A stretch of DNA of 63,414 nt, filler included. It is 8 parts of 8 records of this genome, joined end to end, with 100 filler letters (N's around TTAATTAATTAA, not from the genome) between each part and the next. Parts side by side here need not be neighbours in the genome. Positions count along the whole stretch, not along the records: positions 1 to 12,726 come from SRR31156797_14406; positions 12,827 to 20,421 come from SRR31156797_14433; 6 more parts are not named here. One strand, 5' to 3'. The translations under genes were made by a program, and so were the position numbers. Below the pieces are notes generated by a model. That model made no database searches, was not told the origin of the DNA, and saw only the letters and a list, made by a program, of their open reading frames with translations. Position 1 is the stretch's first letter; each line of letters starts with the position of its first letter. This document shows, piece by piece, positions 8,570-18,499 of the stretch.

Positions 8570-10932
8570 TAAATACCGGTATGCTTATTAGTGCTTGATG
8601 TTTTTGCACCATCGAGCACTTTTCGTACCATCTGAGCCAACTCGGATTTAAGAACCGGCTTCATCAGGAATCCATTAACCCCGATGGCTTCAGCGTTAAT
8701 CTTGTTTGTTCGTTCACTGAAACCAGTGGAAATAATAATCGGTATATCCGACCTTATTGAAATTATTCTTTCAGCAAGCTGATCACCTGTCATGGAAGGC
8801 ATCGACATGTCGGTAAGAACCAGATCAAAGGCTTCCGGGTCTGTCTTGAATGTTTCCAAAGCATCCATACTGCAGGTTCGTTCCACCACCGTGTACCCGA
8901 GCCGCTCGAGCATTTGTTTTTCTAACTGGACAATGGGCTCTTCATCATCAACCAGCAAGATCCTTTCGTCACCCGTTTCCAGAAGTGCTGCTTTATCGAC
9001 GGCCAGGATTTCAGGAGCGTCCTTTATCAAAGGCAAATAAACCTTGAAGGTCGTTCCCTTACCAGGTTCGCTGTAAACTTTGATATCGCCTTTGTGTTCT
9101 TTTACGATACCATACACGACCGCCAGTCCGAGCCCTGTACCCTTGCCTTTTTCCTTAGTCGTAAAATAGGGATTAAAAATCTTATTGATTATGGAAGGAG
9201 AGATTCCACATCCGTTATCCGTAACGGCAATCAGTGCGTATTGACCGGCTTGGAGAAAGCAATTCGCCCATTCGTCACCCTCAAGTGTTATTGCCTTGAC
9301 TTGAACGTCTATTTTTCCACCAGAGTCCCCAATGGCATGATAGGCATTGGTGATAAGATTCATGGCGATCTGGTGAATCTGGGTCGGATCTGCCATCATT
9401 AAACCGCAATCCGTTTGAATATCATGGAAAATTTCGATATTCGCCGGAATCGTTGACCGGGTGAGTTTCAGGACTTCGGTCAGTACCTTGCAAATCCGAA
9501 CCGGAATCAATTTGTGCTCTGATTGACTGCTGAAGGCAAGAATCTGTTTCACCAGCTCCCCCCCCCGTTGTCCGGCAATGAAAATCTCCCTGGCTTTTTC
9601 ATGTTCAGGACTATCCCCAGGCAAATCGTCCAATAGCATTTCCGACATGCCGACGATCGGAAACAGAAGATTGTTAAAGTCATGGGCGATTCCGCCCGCC
9701 AGATCACCTATGGATTCCATTCTTTGAGCATGTTCAAGCCTTCTTTCCAATACTCTTTTTTCGGTGATATCATGGAAAACGGTTATCTTAGATAGCTCCC
9801 CGTCGGTATTCACTATAGGCGAATTGGAAATATTGTAAATTCTGTTGTCCTTCGGGCTGACAACTTCCGTTTTGATTGATTCGCCTTGGGTTACCTGATC
9901 AAGAACGCACCAGGGGCATGGTTTATCCAATTGATGGATCACCTCGTAGCATAGTTTCCCGGTTACATCTGAACCGATTCTTTTTATCATGGCTGAATTG
10001 AGGTATTCAACACGAAAATTCTTCGAACAAACGTAGGCAGGATCGTCCATGGCTTCCATCATGGAACGGTATTTGACTTCGCTTGCTCTTAACAGCGTCT
10101 CTGATTTTTTGCGGTCAGTGATGTCCTGGGTCAATCCTATCCCTCGTATACATCGACCTTTTTCATTGAACTCAAGCACAGCTTTTTCCCGGACCCATCT
10201 GACTTCACCGCAAACCAATATCCGATGTTCAATATCATAGGGTTTGTTGTGGAACGCCGCCTTCCATTCGGAATCCACATAATTCCGGTCGTCGGGATGA
10301 ACACAATTCAAGAAAGTCTCATAGCTCAGCTCCGTTCCTGTTGAAATCCCAAAAAAATTATAGTTTTCATCCGTCCAGATCAGCTGATTATTTATGACAT
10401 CAAGTTCCCACGTGGCAATCTGTCCGATCTCCTGGGCCTTTTGCAGGAAAAATTTCTGTTTCAGCAACTCCTTTTCAGCCTGAACACGTTTGGCAATGCT
10501 ATTGGTAAGCTTTTCATTGACCCTGAGAAGGGAACAATACCGCCAGACACTCATAATCAAAACCGTTAGGAACAGAAAGGCGCCGCTCACAACGCCAATT
10601 ACCCGTCCGGTCCAGTATGGCTGTCCCGACGATCCAAACCATTGGGAACCTTCCAACGGTTTTTGTAACGGGCCGGCGGTTATATTTTCTGTTTCAGCGA
10701 CATGATTGATATCTTCAACGCCCAGCCCTTTTGCTTCACCTTCCATATGTATGATGGATTTATTCCGGGAAAGATCTACGGCAAGGGGTTGGTTTGCCAA
10801 AGCGAAATTATGTAAACCGGAAAGAACAGATGGTAATATAATAAACAGGACCAACAGAAATTTAACAAACAAGAGCAAGGGAACCGTCAGCAATATTTTT
10901 CCCAAGGATATTTCTTTAATTAAGAGTGACAT
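8569..10932 (-). CDS. Membrane PAS hybrid sensor histidine kinase/response regulator
   Basis: AGGIAHDFNN H-box, NLITNA, FNPYFTTK..GKGTGLGL, C-terminal receiver (LLVDDE, LTDMSMP, KP); two PAS/PAC regions. Confidence 0.92.
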   Translation of the reverse strand: MSLLIKEISLGKILLTVPLLLFVKFLLVLFIILPSVLSGLHNFALANQPLAVDLSRNKSIIHMEGEAKGLGVEDINHVAETENITAGPLQKPLEGSQWFGSSGQPYWTGRVIGVVSGAFLFLTVLIMSVWRYCSLLRVNEKLTNSIAKRVQAEKELLKQKFFLQKAQEIGQIATWELDVINNQLIWTDENYNFFGISTGTELSYETFLNCVHPDDRNYVDSEWKAAFHNKPYDIEHRILVCGEVRWVREKAVLEFNEKGRCIRGIGLTQDITDRKKSETLLRASEVKYRSMMEAMDDPAYVCSKNFRVEYLNSAMIKRIGSDVTGKLCYEVIHQLDKPCPWCVLDQVTQGESIKTEVVSPKDNRIYNISNSPIVNTDGELSKITVFHDITEKRVLERRLEHAQRMESIGDLAGGIAHDFNNLLFPIVGMSEMLLDDLPGDSPEHEKAREIFIAGQRGGELVKQILAFSSQSEHKLIPVRICKVLTEVLKLTRSTIPANIEIFHDIQTDCGLMMADPTQIHQIAMNLITNAYHAIGDSGGKIDVQVKAITLEGDEWANCFLQAGQYALIAVTDNGCGISPSIINKIFNPYFTTKEKGKGTGLGLAVVYGIVKEHKGDIKVYSEPGKGTTFKVYLPLIKDAPEILAVDKAALLETGDERILLVDDEEPIVQLEKQMLERLGYTVVERTCSMDALETFKTDPEAFDLVLTDMSMPSMTGDQLAERIISIRSDIPIIISTGFSERTNKINAEAIGVNGFLMKPVLKSELAQMVRKVLDGAKTSSTNKHTGI

Positions 10933-11103
10933 CCTAAAAATTCCTGACTCATTATTTTCAATAAAAAATCATTTCAAACGATGTTCATGGAGAAAAAACT
11001 AAATTTCGAAACTAAACTGTTTATTTCACGGATCGAGATAAACAGCTATCACCGTACAACATATTGAATTACAAGGCAATGGAATTATTAAAATCAAAGG
11101 GAC

Positions 11104-11451
11104 TTACATGGAAGCCCCTGCCCAAATGTTTTTTTCAAGAGAGGCGGCTTCAATCACCTTGATGCGGGCCAGTGTTTCGGAATGACCGTATTTAACCGAG
11201 ATAACGCCGCCTGTGATCCTGTCCCTCAACAGCCCTTCCATGGCAAGGGCCATTCTTGCCGTGGCCTTGCCGGCTCCCACAATGTGGATTTTTTTGAACG
11301 TTGAAAGATCAAAGGTATGCTCATTCCCCCCATGGGTGATGGACAGGATATCCCCCTTGACCGCCACCTTGTTCAGAATGATTTCATCGGGGTCAACACC
11401 CTTGAGCCCGGCTTCAAATATGGATTTCAGGTTTTCAAGCGGTTTAATCAT
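11104..11451 (-). pseudogene. Glycerate kinase (MOFRL/DUF4147 type) N-terminal fragment
   Basis: IVGAGKATARMA..GVISVKYGH..VIEAA, then ends where the conserved HPxP motif should follow; only 115 aa. Confidence 0.75.
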
Positions 11452-11526
11452 TGGGCTTCATCCTTCCGGCTTGAGATCGCGCCTCTATTTTTCTGAAACA
11501 AGGATGCCTTGATTTGTCTTTTTTAG

Positions 11527-12372
11527 TTAAACTGTAAACCTTGTCCCTGTACTATTGTGAAAAAACCGGTTGCCCAACCGGGATTTTATGTAATTCAAAT
11601 GGTCGGCGCCCCCGCTGCAGTGGGAGATGCCTACCACCGGAATATCCTGGTCCAGTAAATAATCCATTGTCTTCCCGAGCCGGTCCGGGTTCGCCTCAAC
11701 CAGGTGGGTGCCGCCGACAACCGCATGGATGTTCTCCACAAAGCAACGTTTTATGGAATTGAGAATGTTTATCAGTCCGGGATGGCAACATCCCAGAACC
11801 ACCACCAACCCCTTTTCCGATTTCACCACCATGGCCTGCTCATCCCAAAACCCATCAATCACCTTGGCACCGTCCTGCTCGACCCTGAACCGCGGATTCA
11901 ACTGCTCCATGGGACAGGTTCGCTCAAACCCTGAAACGGAAAACACCCCCGGGGCCACCTCCTTGACATGGTCATGGACAATTTCAATGGATACCCCTGC
12001 CGCAACAAGCTCTTCCCGGGTGAACCCATTGCCCAGGAACTCGGAATGATTGCCCTTGACCCCATATTTCTTATTGAAAAAACCGGGTTTGACCACAAGC
12101 CGTGCATCCCGGTTAACCCCCTGATCCACAAAGGCCTTGTATCCGCCGGAATGGTCATAATGGCCGTGGCTGATGAGCACCTGGTCAACCGCCTTCAGAT
12201 CCACTGCCAGCAATCCGGCATTGTGAATGAACCGAGACGACGCCCCGGTGTCGAACAGAATGGTTGCGTCCCCGGCCTTGACATGGAAGGACAGACCGTG
12301 TTCGGATCGAAGCTGTCGAAGTTCTCCCAACGTATTTTCAACAAGGGTCGTAATTTTTACCTTCATGATCAA
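11527..12372 (-). CDS. MBL-fold metallo-hydrolase (7,8-dihydropterin-6-yl-methyl-RFA-P synthase-like family)
   Basis: LVEN, EHGLSF, LFDTG, SHGHYDHSGG, GCCHPG, GGTH, SHCSG motifs. Confidence 0.85.
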   Translation of the reverse strand: MIMKVKITTLVENTLGELRQLRSEHGLSFHVKAGDATILFDTGASSRFIHNAGLLAVDLKAVDQVLISHGHYDHSGGYKAFVDQGVNRDARLVVKPGFFNKKYGVKGNHSEFLGNGFTREELVAAGVSIEIVHDHVKEVAPGVFSVSGFERTCPMEQLNPRFRVEQDGAKVIDGFWDEQAMVVKSEKGLVVVLGCCHPGLINILNSIKRCFVENIHAVVGGTHLVEANPDRLGKTMDYLLDQDIPVVGISHCSGGADHLNYIKSRLGNRFFHNSTGTRFTV

Positions 12373-12600
12373 TCTCCCTTTTTATTATAATTCCCGATAT
12401 CCCGGAGGACGTTTTTCCGGTGGACCATGATCCGCGCCCTTGTATCATTGTCCACTTGTCCGGGAAACAACAAGTGAGCAAGATCATAACAGCTCAATTA
12501 TGTCAAACACAAAAACGGATTATCCGTTTTTTTCCCGTTGAACTTTTTTCAGTATTAGTAAAAAAGGCGAAATGAGACATAGAAACAAAGAATTTCCTAC

Positions 12601-12630
12601 TTGACATGGCCCGAATCTTCCGGTTACAAA
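12601..12630 (+). promoter_or_regulatory. Sigma-70-type promoter upstream of the riboswitch
   Basis: TTGACA-N18-TACAAA. Confidence 0.45.
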
Positions 12631-12654
12631 CAAATTGTTTTATACTACATAGTC

Positions 12655-12726
12655 GTTATGGTGCTTATTTAAGCCGAACAGGGAACTCCGTGAAATTCGG
12701 AGACGGGCCCGCCGCTGTAACCGGGG
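12655..12726 (+). ncRNA. Cobalamin riboswitch, 5' part (cut by contig end)
   Basis: ATGGTGC...ACAGGGAACTCCGTGAAATTCGGAGACGGGCCCGCCGCTGTAA matches the conserved GGGAA-GTG.AA.TC-CCCGC..CTGTAA core. Confidence 0.85.
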
Positions 12727-12826
12727 NNNNNNNNNNNNNNNNNNNNNNNNNNNNNNNNNNNNNNNNNNNNTTAATTAATTAANNNNNNNNNNNNNNNNNN
12801 NNNNNNNNNNNNNNNNNNNNNNNNNN
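12727..12826. other. Artificial contig spacer
   Basis: N44-TTAATTAATTAA-N44; stops in all six frames. Confidence 0.99.
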
Positions 12827-13756
12827 TGCACCTGTTGAAATAATAAGAACTATTATTGTAGAGTAAACATAATATGGTAAACCTATTAAACCCAGGTAAC
12901 CATATTTTTTGTATCTGAAAAGCACATCTTTATGCTTGTTCAGAATCTGGAATGAACCATATACCCATCTGTATCTTTGTTTGTAGAAATTTTTGATTGA
13001 TTCAGGTGCTTCTGTATATGCCACTGCATCTCCGATATACTGAACTTTATACCCTTTTTTCACCAGGTTTATAGTTACATCCATATCTTCAACCATTGTA
13101 TCTTCCGGATAGCCACCAGCATCTATAAGAGCATCTTTTTTAAATGCGCCAAGTGCACCTGAAATTACCTGGACACAGCCTAAATGTGCAAAGGCTCTTC
13201 TGTGAAGATTAAGGCCTGCAATGTATTCGAGTGATTGATACCTTCCTATAAAGGTATCACGATTTGATATTTTGATGTTACCACATGCTGCTGATAATTC
13301 TTTATCATCAAATGGTGAAACTATTTTGTTTAGTGTATTCTTTAAGAAAATAGAATCGGCATCAAGACTAATTAAAATATCTCCAGAGGCTTTTTCGATT
13401 CCATAGTTCAATGCACTTGCTTTACCACCATTCTTTTTGGTAAAAACCTTTATCTTACTGCTTTGTTCTGCCAAACAATTGGCGACTTCCAAAGTATCAT
13501 CAGTACTTCCATCATCAATTATAATAACTTCATAATTAGTATATTCTTGTACCAATATGCCACTAACACAATTTTCCAATGTTTTGCTTTCATTGTAGCA
13601 TGGTACGAGTATAGATACCAGATAGTTTTCTTCTATAGTCTGGTATTCATCATTGTTATAGTGCATAAAAGAGCACAAAAATAGCAAAACTGTTTCAAAT
13701 GTAATTAAATATCCGAAAACCCATAGGGATAAATTGAGATAATCACCCAGAATCAT
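12827..13756 (-). CDS. Processive GT2 glycosyltransferase (PgaC/IcaA-like), 3' truncated
   Basis: DDGSTD, NGGKA, DADS, VEDMD and QRYRW (D,D,D,QxxRW) motifs. Confidence 0.9.
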
Positions 13757-15039
13757 TAAAAAAATCTCCTGAGCTTTAAATAATTCAGTTTTGAAAGATA
13801 TGCAATAAACAAAATTAATGTGAATACAAGTAAAAATACCTGCCCGACTGTATTATGGACAAGTGTCATAATATCGATATTTGTATACATTCCTACTATA
13901 ACAGATAAAAAAATCCTAACTACATTTGCAATAAATATTAAAGGCAGCAGCAGAAGTGAAGCAATGCGATGTTCTTTTTTGATATTTGGAAGCAAAAATA
14001 TCATTATAACAAAAACGGACATTAAGATGAATCCAGAACATTCTGGAGATATGAATATCATTGTCAGGGTATCGTTTATGTTCAGGAATAATGTATTATC
14101 ATAAGTCAGTGGCCTTACACCTATGGTATAATTCAATGCAAAGGAAACAAACCTTGCTGTCATCTGTGGCAAAGGATAAAATGCAGGATAGCCTGTCACT
14201 GTAATTATCAGCAACAGCAAGAATATCACGGATGTAACTACATTCTTTATTCTGGAATGCAAGTTTGGTATTAAGAACATCACTGTTATGAAGATGGACA
14301 CAAAGATGAAACCTGAAAACAGGGATGTCAATGAAATCGCAGAACTTTTGGTAACAATATACACCAACAGTACGTTTCCACATGTAAGTGACTTAATTCC
14401 AATTATGAAGCTCAGGATCCATGAAATCATCAAACTGAAAGTCCATGAAGCAAAGCCAGTTGATGTTGCCGGGGAATGAGGAATATAATAAACAAGTAAA
14501 CCAAGAATAAACAGTATACTAAATGTCTTTTTGTTGAAATATTTCTTCAATTTAGACCTTATAGTAGAACTTAAAAGCACCATGCCTACAAGCATAGAAA
14601 TTAGAATGCCAGCAACAATTGCAGGTGACATTATACTGAACCTGATCTCAATTATTAAACCCAATAGCCACGAAATTACCTTAGTCGCAATCTCTGTCAG
14701 GGTATAAAGCTCAAGATAATCAATCGTTTTTCTTATAAGTACTACCACCACAGCCATAGCCATAAGTGATAGTGTGACCAGACCCGTTTTATAGATCAAC
14801 TTTACTTTGTCTGCAAATGTCGGAACAAAAGACACTGACAAAATGAATGCTAACATTATAATTAGAGCAGAAATCAGAATCAAAACAGGGAGTGTAAAAG
14901 ATCCGGCAATATCAACACTATCGGTAATGTTCGCAAATACTGCATTTGCCATCTCTGGCAGCAGATAAAAAAAAGGAGAGCAAATCACAGTTATTATACA
15001 TAATAACAGGATGATGGCTATTTTAGTTATTCTGCTCAT
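13756..15039 (-). CDS. Archaeosortase/exosortase family protein with a long N-terminal multi-TM extension
   Basis: C-terminal ISPECSG (Cys), ANVVRI (Arg), LVHNTVG (His) catalytic triad in TM context. Confidence 0.85.
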   Translation of the reverse strand: MSRITKIAIILLLCIITVICSPFFYLLPEMANAVFANITDSVDIAGSFTLPVLILISALIIMLAFILSVSFVPTFADKVKLIYKTGLVTLSLMAMAVVVVLIRKTIDYLELYTLTEIATKVISWLLGLIIEIRFSIMSPAIVAGILISMLVGMVLLSSTIRSKLKKYFNKKTFSILFILGLLVYYIPHSPATSTGFASWTFSLMISWILSFIIGIKSLTCGNVLLVYIVTKSSAISLTSLFSGFIFVSIFITVMFLIPNLHSRIKNVVTSVIFLLLLIITVTGYPAFYPLPQMTARFVSFALNYTIGVRPLTYDNTLFLNINDTLTMIFISPECSGFILMSVFVIMIFLLPNIKKEHRIASLLLLPLIFIANVVRIFLSVIVGMYTNIDIMTLVHNTVGQVFLLVFTLILFIAYLSKLNYLKLRRFF

Positions 15040-15559
15040 TTGGCTTCTTAATTTTTAGTGAAACTAACAGTGCAACACCTAAAAATGCTAGTACTATGTA
15101 GTTTGTAACCGGCATTGGAACCTTATTCACATCATTTGTCGGCCCGGAGCTTCCAAATGAGCTTGTTGACCTGGATGGAGAATAGTCATACGGAGAAGCA
15201 CCATACATTATTGTTTCAGATGGAAGATTCATTACTTCCTCCTGACTATACCACCTTCCGACATAGTGCCAGTAAACAAGTCCCTCACCATCAGTTGCAA
15301 CAGGAACACCGTAGTATTCAGATAACTCCTCATCTATTTGTGTATTAACAGGAGGATTATCAGCACTCCCGCTAATTCCACCAAATTCATTCATTGTTTT
15401 AGAATTCGTAACTTCAGTAACAATGAGGTCTTCTGAGTCAGAAAACATAGATGGGTTTCTGGCACCCAGGTTGCTGTCATCTGAGTTAGATGCAGCCGCA
15501 TTAAATACTGTTAGTAGATTTATTAAGATTATGAGTATAACCACTGTTCTTATGTTCAT
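15023..15559 (-). CDS. Secreted protein with a tripartite C-terminal sorting signal (KVPMP-TM-KIKK)
   Basis: N-terminal signal peptide, Ser-rich linker, VPMP motif, hydrophobic helix, basic cluster; overlaps the sortase gene. Confidence 0.8.
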   Translation of the reverse strand: MNIRTVVILIILINLLTVFNAAASNSDDSNLGARNPSMFSDSEDLIVTEVTNSKTMNEFGGISGSADNPPVNTQIDEELSEYYGVPVATDGEGLVYWHYVGRWYSQEEVMNLPSETIMYGASPYDYSPSRSTSSFGSSGPTNDVNKVPMPVTNYIVLAFLGVALLVSLKIKKPNEQNN

Positions 15560-16012
15560 ATCGCACCACCAATTTGAACCCTTTTTCTATTGTTGTTAAG
15601 CAATAATCCAAATGTCTATTGAATTACTTTTGTCATTAGGCTGATTCTATATAACTCTTCCTAAAATGTCTCATATTTTTTATAATGATAGTCATCATCA
15701 TTATGATGGGAAATGAGTTGTAGTAGCAAGCTAAAGTTTAGAACATACACACTTTTTTCCTTAACTCAGCCGAAATCAGCAAATTGATAAAAAGGACCTC
15801 TGGCTAGAAGGCTAAACATCCCACAATGTTAAATGACGAGATCCATTTCCGATGCGGGAATAGGTGCACTAAAAGCAAGCAAAAAGCAGAAATTTTACAT
15901 TCACAATCTCATTTAAAGCTAAAAATAATAACAACAATCAATGTGAATGAAAGGATAATGGATACTGCAGAATCTCACAAAAAAGCTGCAACCTGCATAT
16001 CCACTTAGTTGC

Positions 16013-17140
16013 CTAAACCTTTTTCTCACCGGTCTTCTTTCCAATCACTACAATAAATGCCATAAAAATAGCAATCGGTGCCAGTATAGCTTGAAGTGAT
16101 AATGAAGGGGAAGATTCATCCTTGGATGGCTCAAGTTCCACATTATCCGGCAGGTACAGTTCCGTGTCAGGATGGAAAGCATACCATGCAAACCAGAAAT
16201 CACGTTCCTTTACAATTTCTTCTTCAGTATCAAGGTTTGTAACAGTCACAATACCTGCTTCATCTCTTTCAATCCTGATGTTTGTATCTTCAAAAGTATC
16301 GTCAATTTCTCCCATTGCAATCAGATCATCTTCGCGGTAAGCTTTGAATGAGCCATTTAGCTCAACACCGAATATCACTGTTTTAGGATGTACGCTACGG
16401 TCGATTTCTTCAACAGGGAAAAACACAAAACTGTTCTCATAATAGTTTCCATAGGGATCACTTCCATAAGGTCTGTCAAATCCCGTATCCTGGCTCAATA
16501 CTTCAGAATCAGGATGTGCGATCTTCCATTCCCTCCAGGGGATAGTGTCAATGGAAATTGGGACAAGTTCCATTCCTGTAAGTTCACCAACTATTGCCTG
16601 TCCACCAATTTGTGTCCAGTAGGAGTTGGTCTTCCTGTCATACATAACAAGATTAGAATTGTAGAGCTTTCCCGAGGTGCCAAACTCTACTACCTCTCCA
16701 TTTATAGTACGTTCATAGGCTATCCCGGAACCGCAAAGAGGACAGTAAGTAATAAGTATCGGTTCACCTTTAATTTCTTCATTGACTATTTCGTGCCATG
16801 TCATTATCTGCAAAGGGTAAACTCTCTTAACATTATTGTATATCAGTCCAAGAACCAGTTCATTGTCTGCAATCCACTGGTCTGCTTCTTCCACAGAAAC
16901 AAAATTCGGGTTGTCTATGGAGGGTATTCCATCCATAGGAGGACCACCTGATATAATATCATCTGGATGCACCAGGTACCTGACCCCCATTTCAGTTAGC
17001 ATAATGCCCTGCTCCTGTTCCATCTTTGCCAGTTCAGGCACCTTTTCAACAGGACTTTCTTCCTGTGCTGAACCAATTGTAATAAAGGCACAGAGAATAA
17101 GTATAAAGAAACTATTTGCAATTGTACGTCGCAAATTCAT
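16013..17140 (-). CDS. DUF3179 domain protein, secreted with C-terminal membrane anchor
   Basis: GGPPMDGIPSID, WHEIVN, TYCPLCGSG, FGTSGKLYNSNLVMYDR, FWFAWYAFHPDT. Confidence 0.9.
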   Translation of the reverse strand: MNLRRTIANSFFILILCAFITIGSAQEESPVEKVPELAKMEQEQGIMLTEMGVRYLVHPDDIISGGPPMDGIPSIDNPNFVSVEEADQWIADNELVLGLIYNNVKRVYPLQIMTWHEIVNEEIKGEPILITYCPLCGSGIAYERTINGEVVEFGTSGKLYNSNLVMYDRKTNSYWTQIGGQAIVGELTGMELVPISIDTIPWREWKIAHPDSEVLSQDTGFDRPYGSDPYGNYYENSFVFFPVEEIDRSVHPKTVIFGVELNGSFKAYREDDLIAMGEIDDTFEDTNIRIERDEAGIVTVTNLDTEEEIVKERDFWFAWYAFHPDTELYLPDNVELEPSKDESSPSLSLQAILAPIAIFMAFIVVIGKKTGEKKV

Positions 17141-17826
17141 ATTATCAACCCCTGTACTTTGAAGACGACAATAAGATAGTAGAGTGAGACCACCATCATG
17201 AATATACCTGCAAAAAGATTGATTTTTCTTTTATAGTTGACAAGAATAGCTATGATTTTCATACTTTTGGACAACGACAGCAATGAAAACAAAATCAACG
17301 GAAAACTGATTCCAAGTCCGAAAGCAAAGAAATCAAGCATATTTCCCACAAAATCTATTGTTGTCAATGTCTTGGCAAAAAGAGCTGCAATAAAACCAGG
17401 ATTACATGGAACAACCACCGCTCCAAAGAAAAAACCATACAAAAAGGCCGTTACTAAAGGATTTCTATCATCTGAGACATTTCTCTGAGGGAAGAACTTA
17501 CCCAGATCGTAGTCAATTATCAGCAATATGCTGAGAACAAAAAGTATTCCGAATGCTATGGGTGAGACTATCCCCACAACCTTTGTAAGGGAAACCTGAA
17601 GCACTGTTGTAAAAACAAGCCCAAGCAGAGTCATGAACATTATTACGCCTGCACTGATAAGAATTCCGAAAAACAGGGGCAATCTTTTGTTTTCTTCTTT
17701 TCCTGCCATCTGGTCGGAAAGATAGGCAAGAAAAGCAGGGTAAAGAGGCAGGACACATACTGCAGTAAGTGGTGTCAGTAATCCCAGTATAAATGAGGTG
17801 AAAAGATCGGTAAGAAAACTTACCAT
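17137..17826 (-). CDS. ccdA: Cytochrome c biogenesis/DsbD-type transmembrane electron transporter
   Basis: Six-TM pattern with two Cys motifs (AVCVLPLYP, VVPCNPG). Confidence 0.8.
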   Translation of the reverse strand: MVSFLTDLFTSFILGLLTPLTAVCVLPLYPAFLAYLSDQMAGKEENKRLPLFFGILISAGVIMFMTLLGLVFTTVLQVSLTKVVGIVSPIAFGILFVLSILLIIDYDLGKFFPQRNVSDDRNPLVTAFLYGFFFGAVVVPCNPGFIAALFAKTLTTIDFVGNMLDFFAFGLGISFPLILFSLLSLSKSMKIIAILVNYKRKINLFAGIFMMVVSLYYLIVVFKVQGLII

Positions 17827-17827
17827 A

Positions 17828-18373
17828 TTAGCACCCGTGTTCCAGTTCTTCCTGAAGATCTTCCGGTGATTTTACTCCCCTTGCCAGTAGCCTTGCAGAC
17901 TGGTTTTCGCAGATCAGAATAATAGGAGCACTTGGAGCCACCACTACCTGCGAGCCGAACTCATTTATCATGGCCTGAGTCATTTCCGGCGGAGCAATAG
18001 CAAAATACCAGTCAAATTCATTGTCTTCCAGATATCCCAGCACTTGATCTTCATCTTCATTTGGATCTGTATCCAGGGATATATGTATGACCTTTAGATC
18101 TGAACGCTCTTCAGTTGACATGAACTCCTGGACCTCTTTATGCTGCTGCAGACATGTGGGACACCAGACTGCAAAACTTTCCAGCATTACAGGAGTACCG
18201 GCAAAATCACTTATCCTGAATGTCTCTCCAGTTGCAATATCCGTAAGTTCCGTATCTTTCCAGTCAACAATAGTACTTTCATCTGCCTGTTCAGTGCATC
18301 CTGAAACAACAAGAATTGATGCAATAATAAGAAAAAGTATCGCGCTGTGTAGAATATTCACTTTTAACCCCAT
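17828..18373 (-). CDS. TlpA-like thioredoxin lipoprotein
   Basis: VSGC lipobox, FAVWCPTC active site. Confidence 0.85.
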   Translation of the reverse strand: MGLKVNILHSAILFLIIASILVVSGCTEQADESTIVDWKDTELTDIATGETFRISDFAGTPVMLESFAVWCPTCLQQHKEVQEFMSTEERSDLKVIHISLDTDPNEDEDQVLGYLEDNEFDWYFAIAPPEMTQAMINEFGSQVVVAPSAPIILICENQSARLLARGVKSPEDLQEELEHGC

Positions 18374-18499
18374 ATTTAACTATAAAAAACGTTTCTAATA
18401 TAGTTTTGGTAGAGGAGAAAAAAGGGGCAGCTTTGAAAAACTATAAATACTGACCATTAATTATTAATCAATTACTATTATAATAATAAATATATAATT

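Noticed and set aside
12771-12782. TTAATTAATTAA repeated seven times through the window
   Set aside because: Always centred in N runs; an artificial six-frame stop linker, not a biological repeat or CRISPR
16013-18373. Selenocysteine or pyrrolysine recoding in the redox genes
   Set aside because: All CxxC positions are ordinary Cys codons; no in-frame TGA/TAG needed
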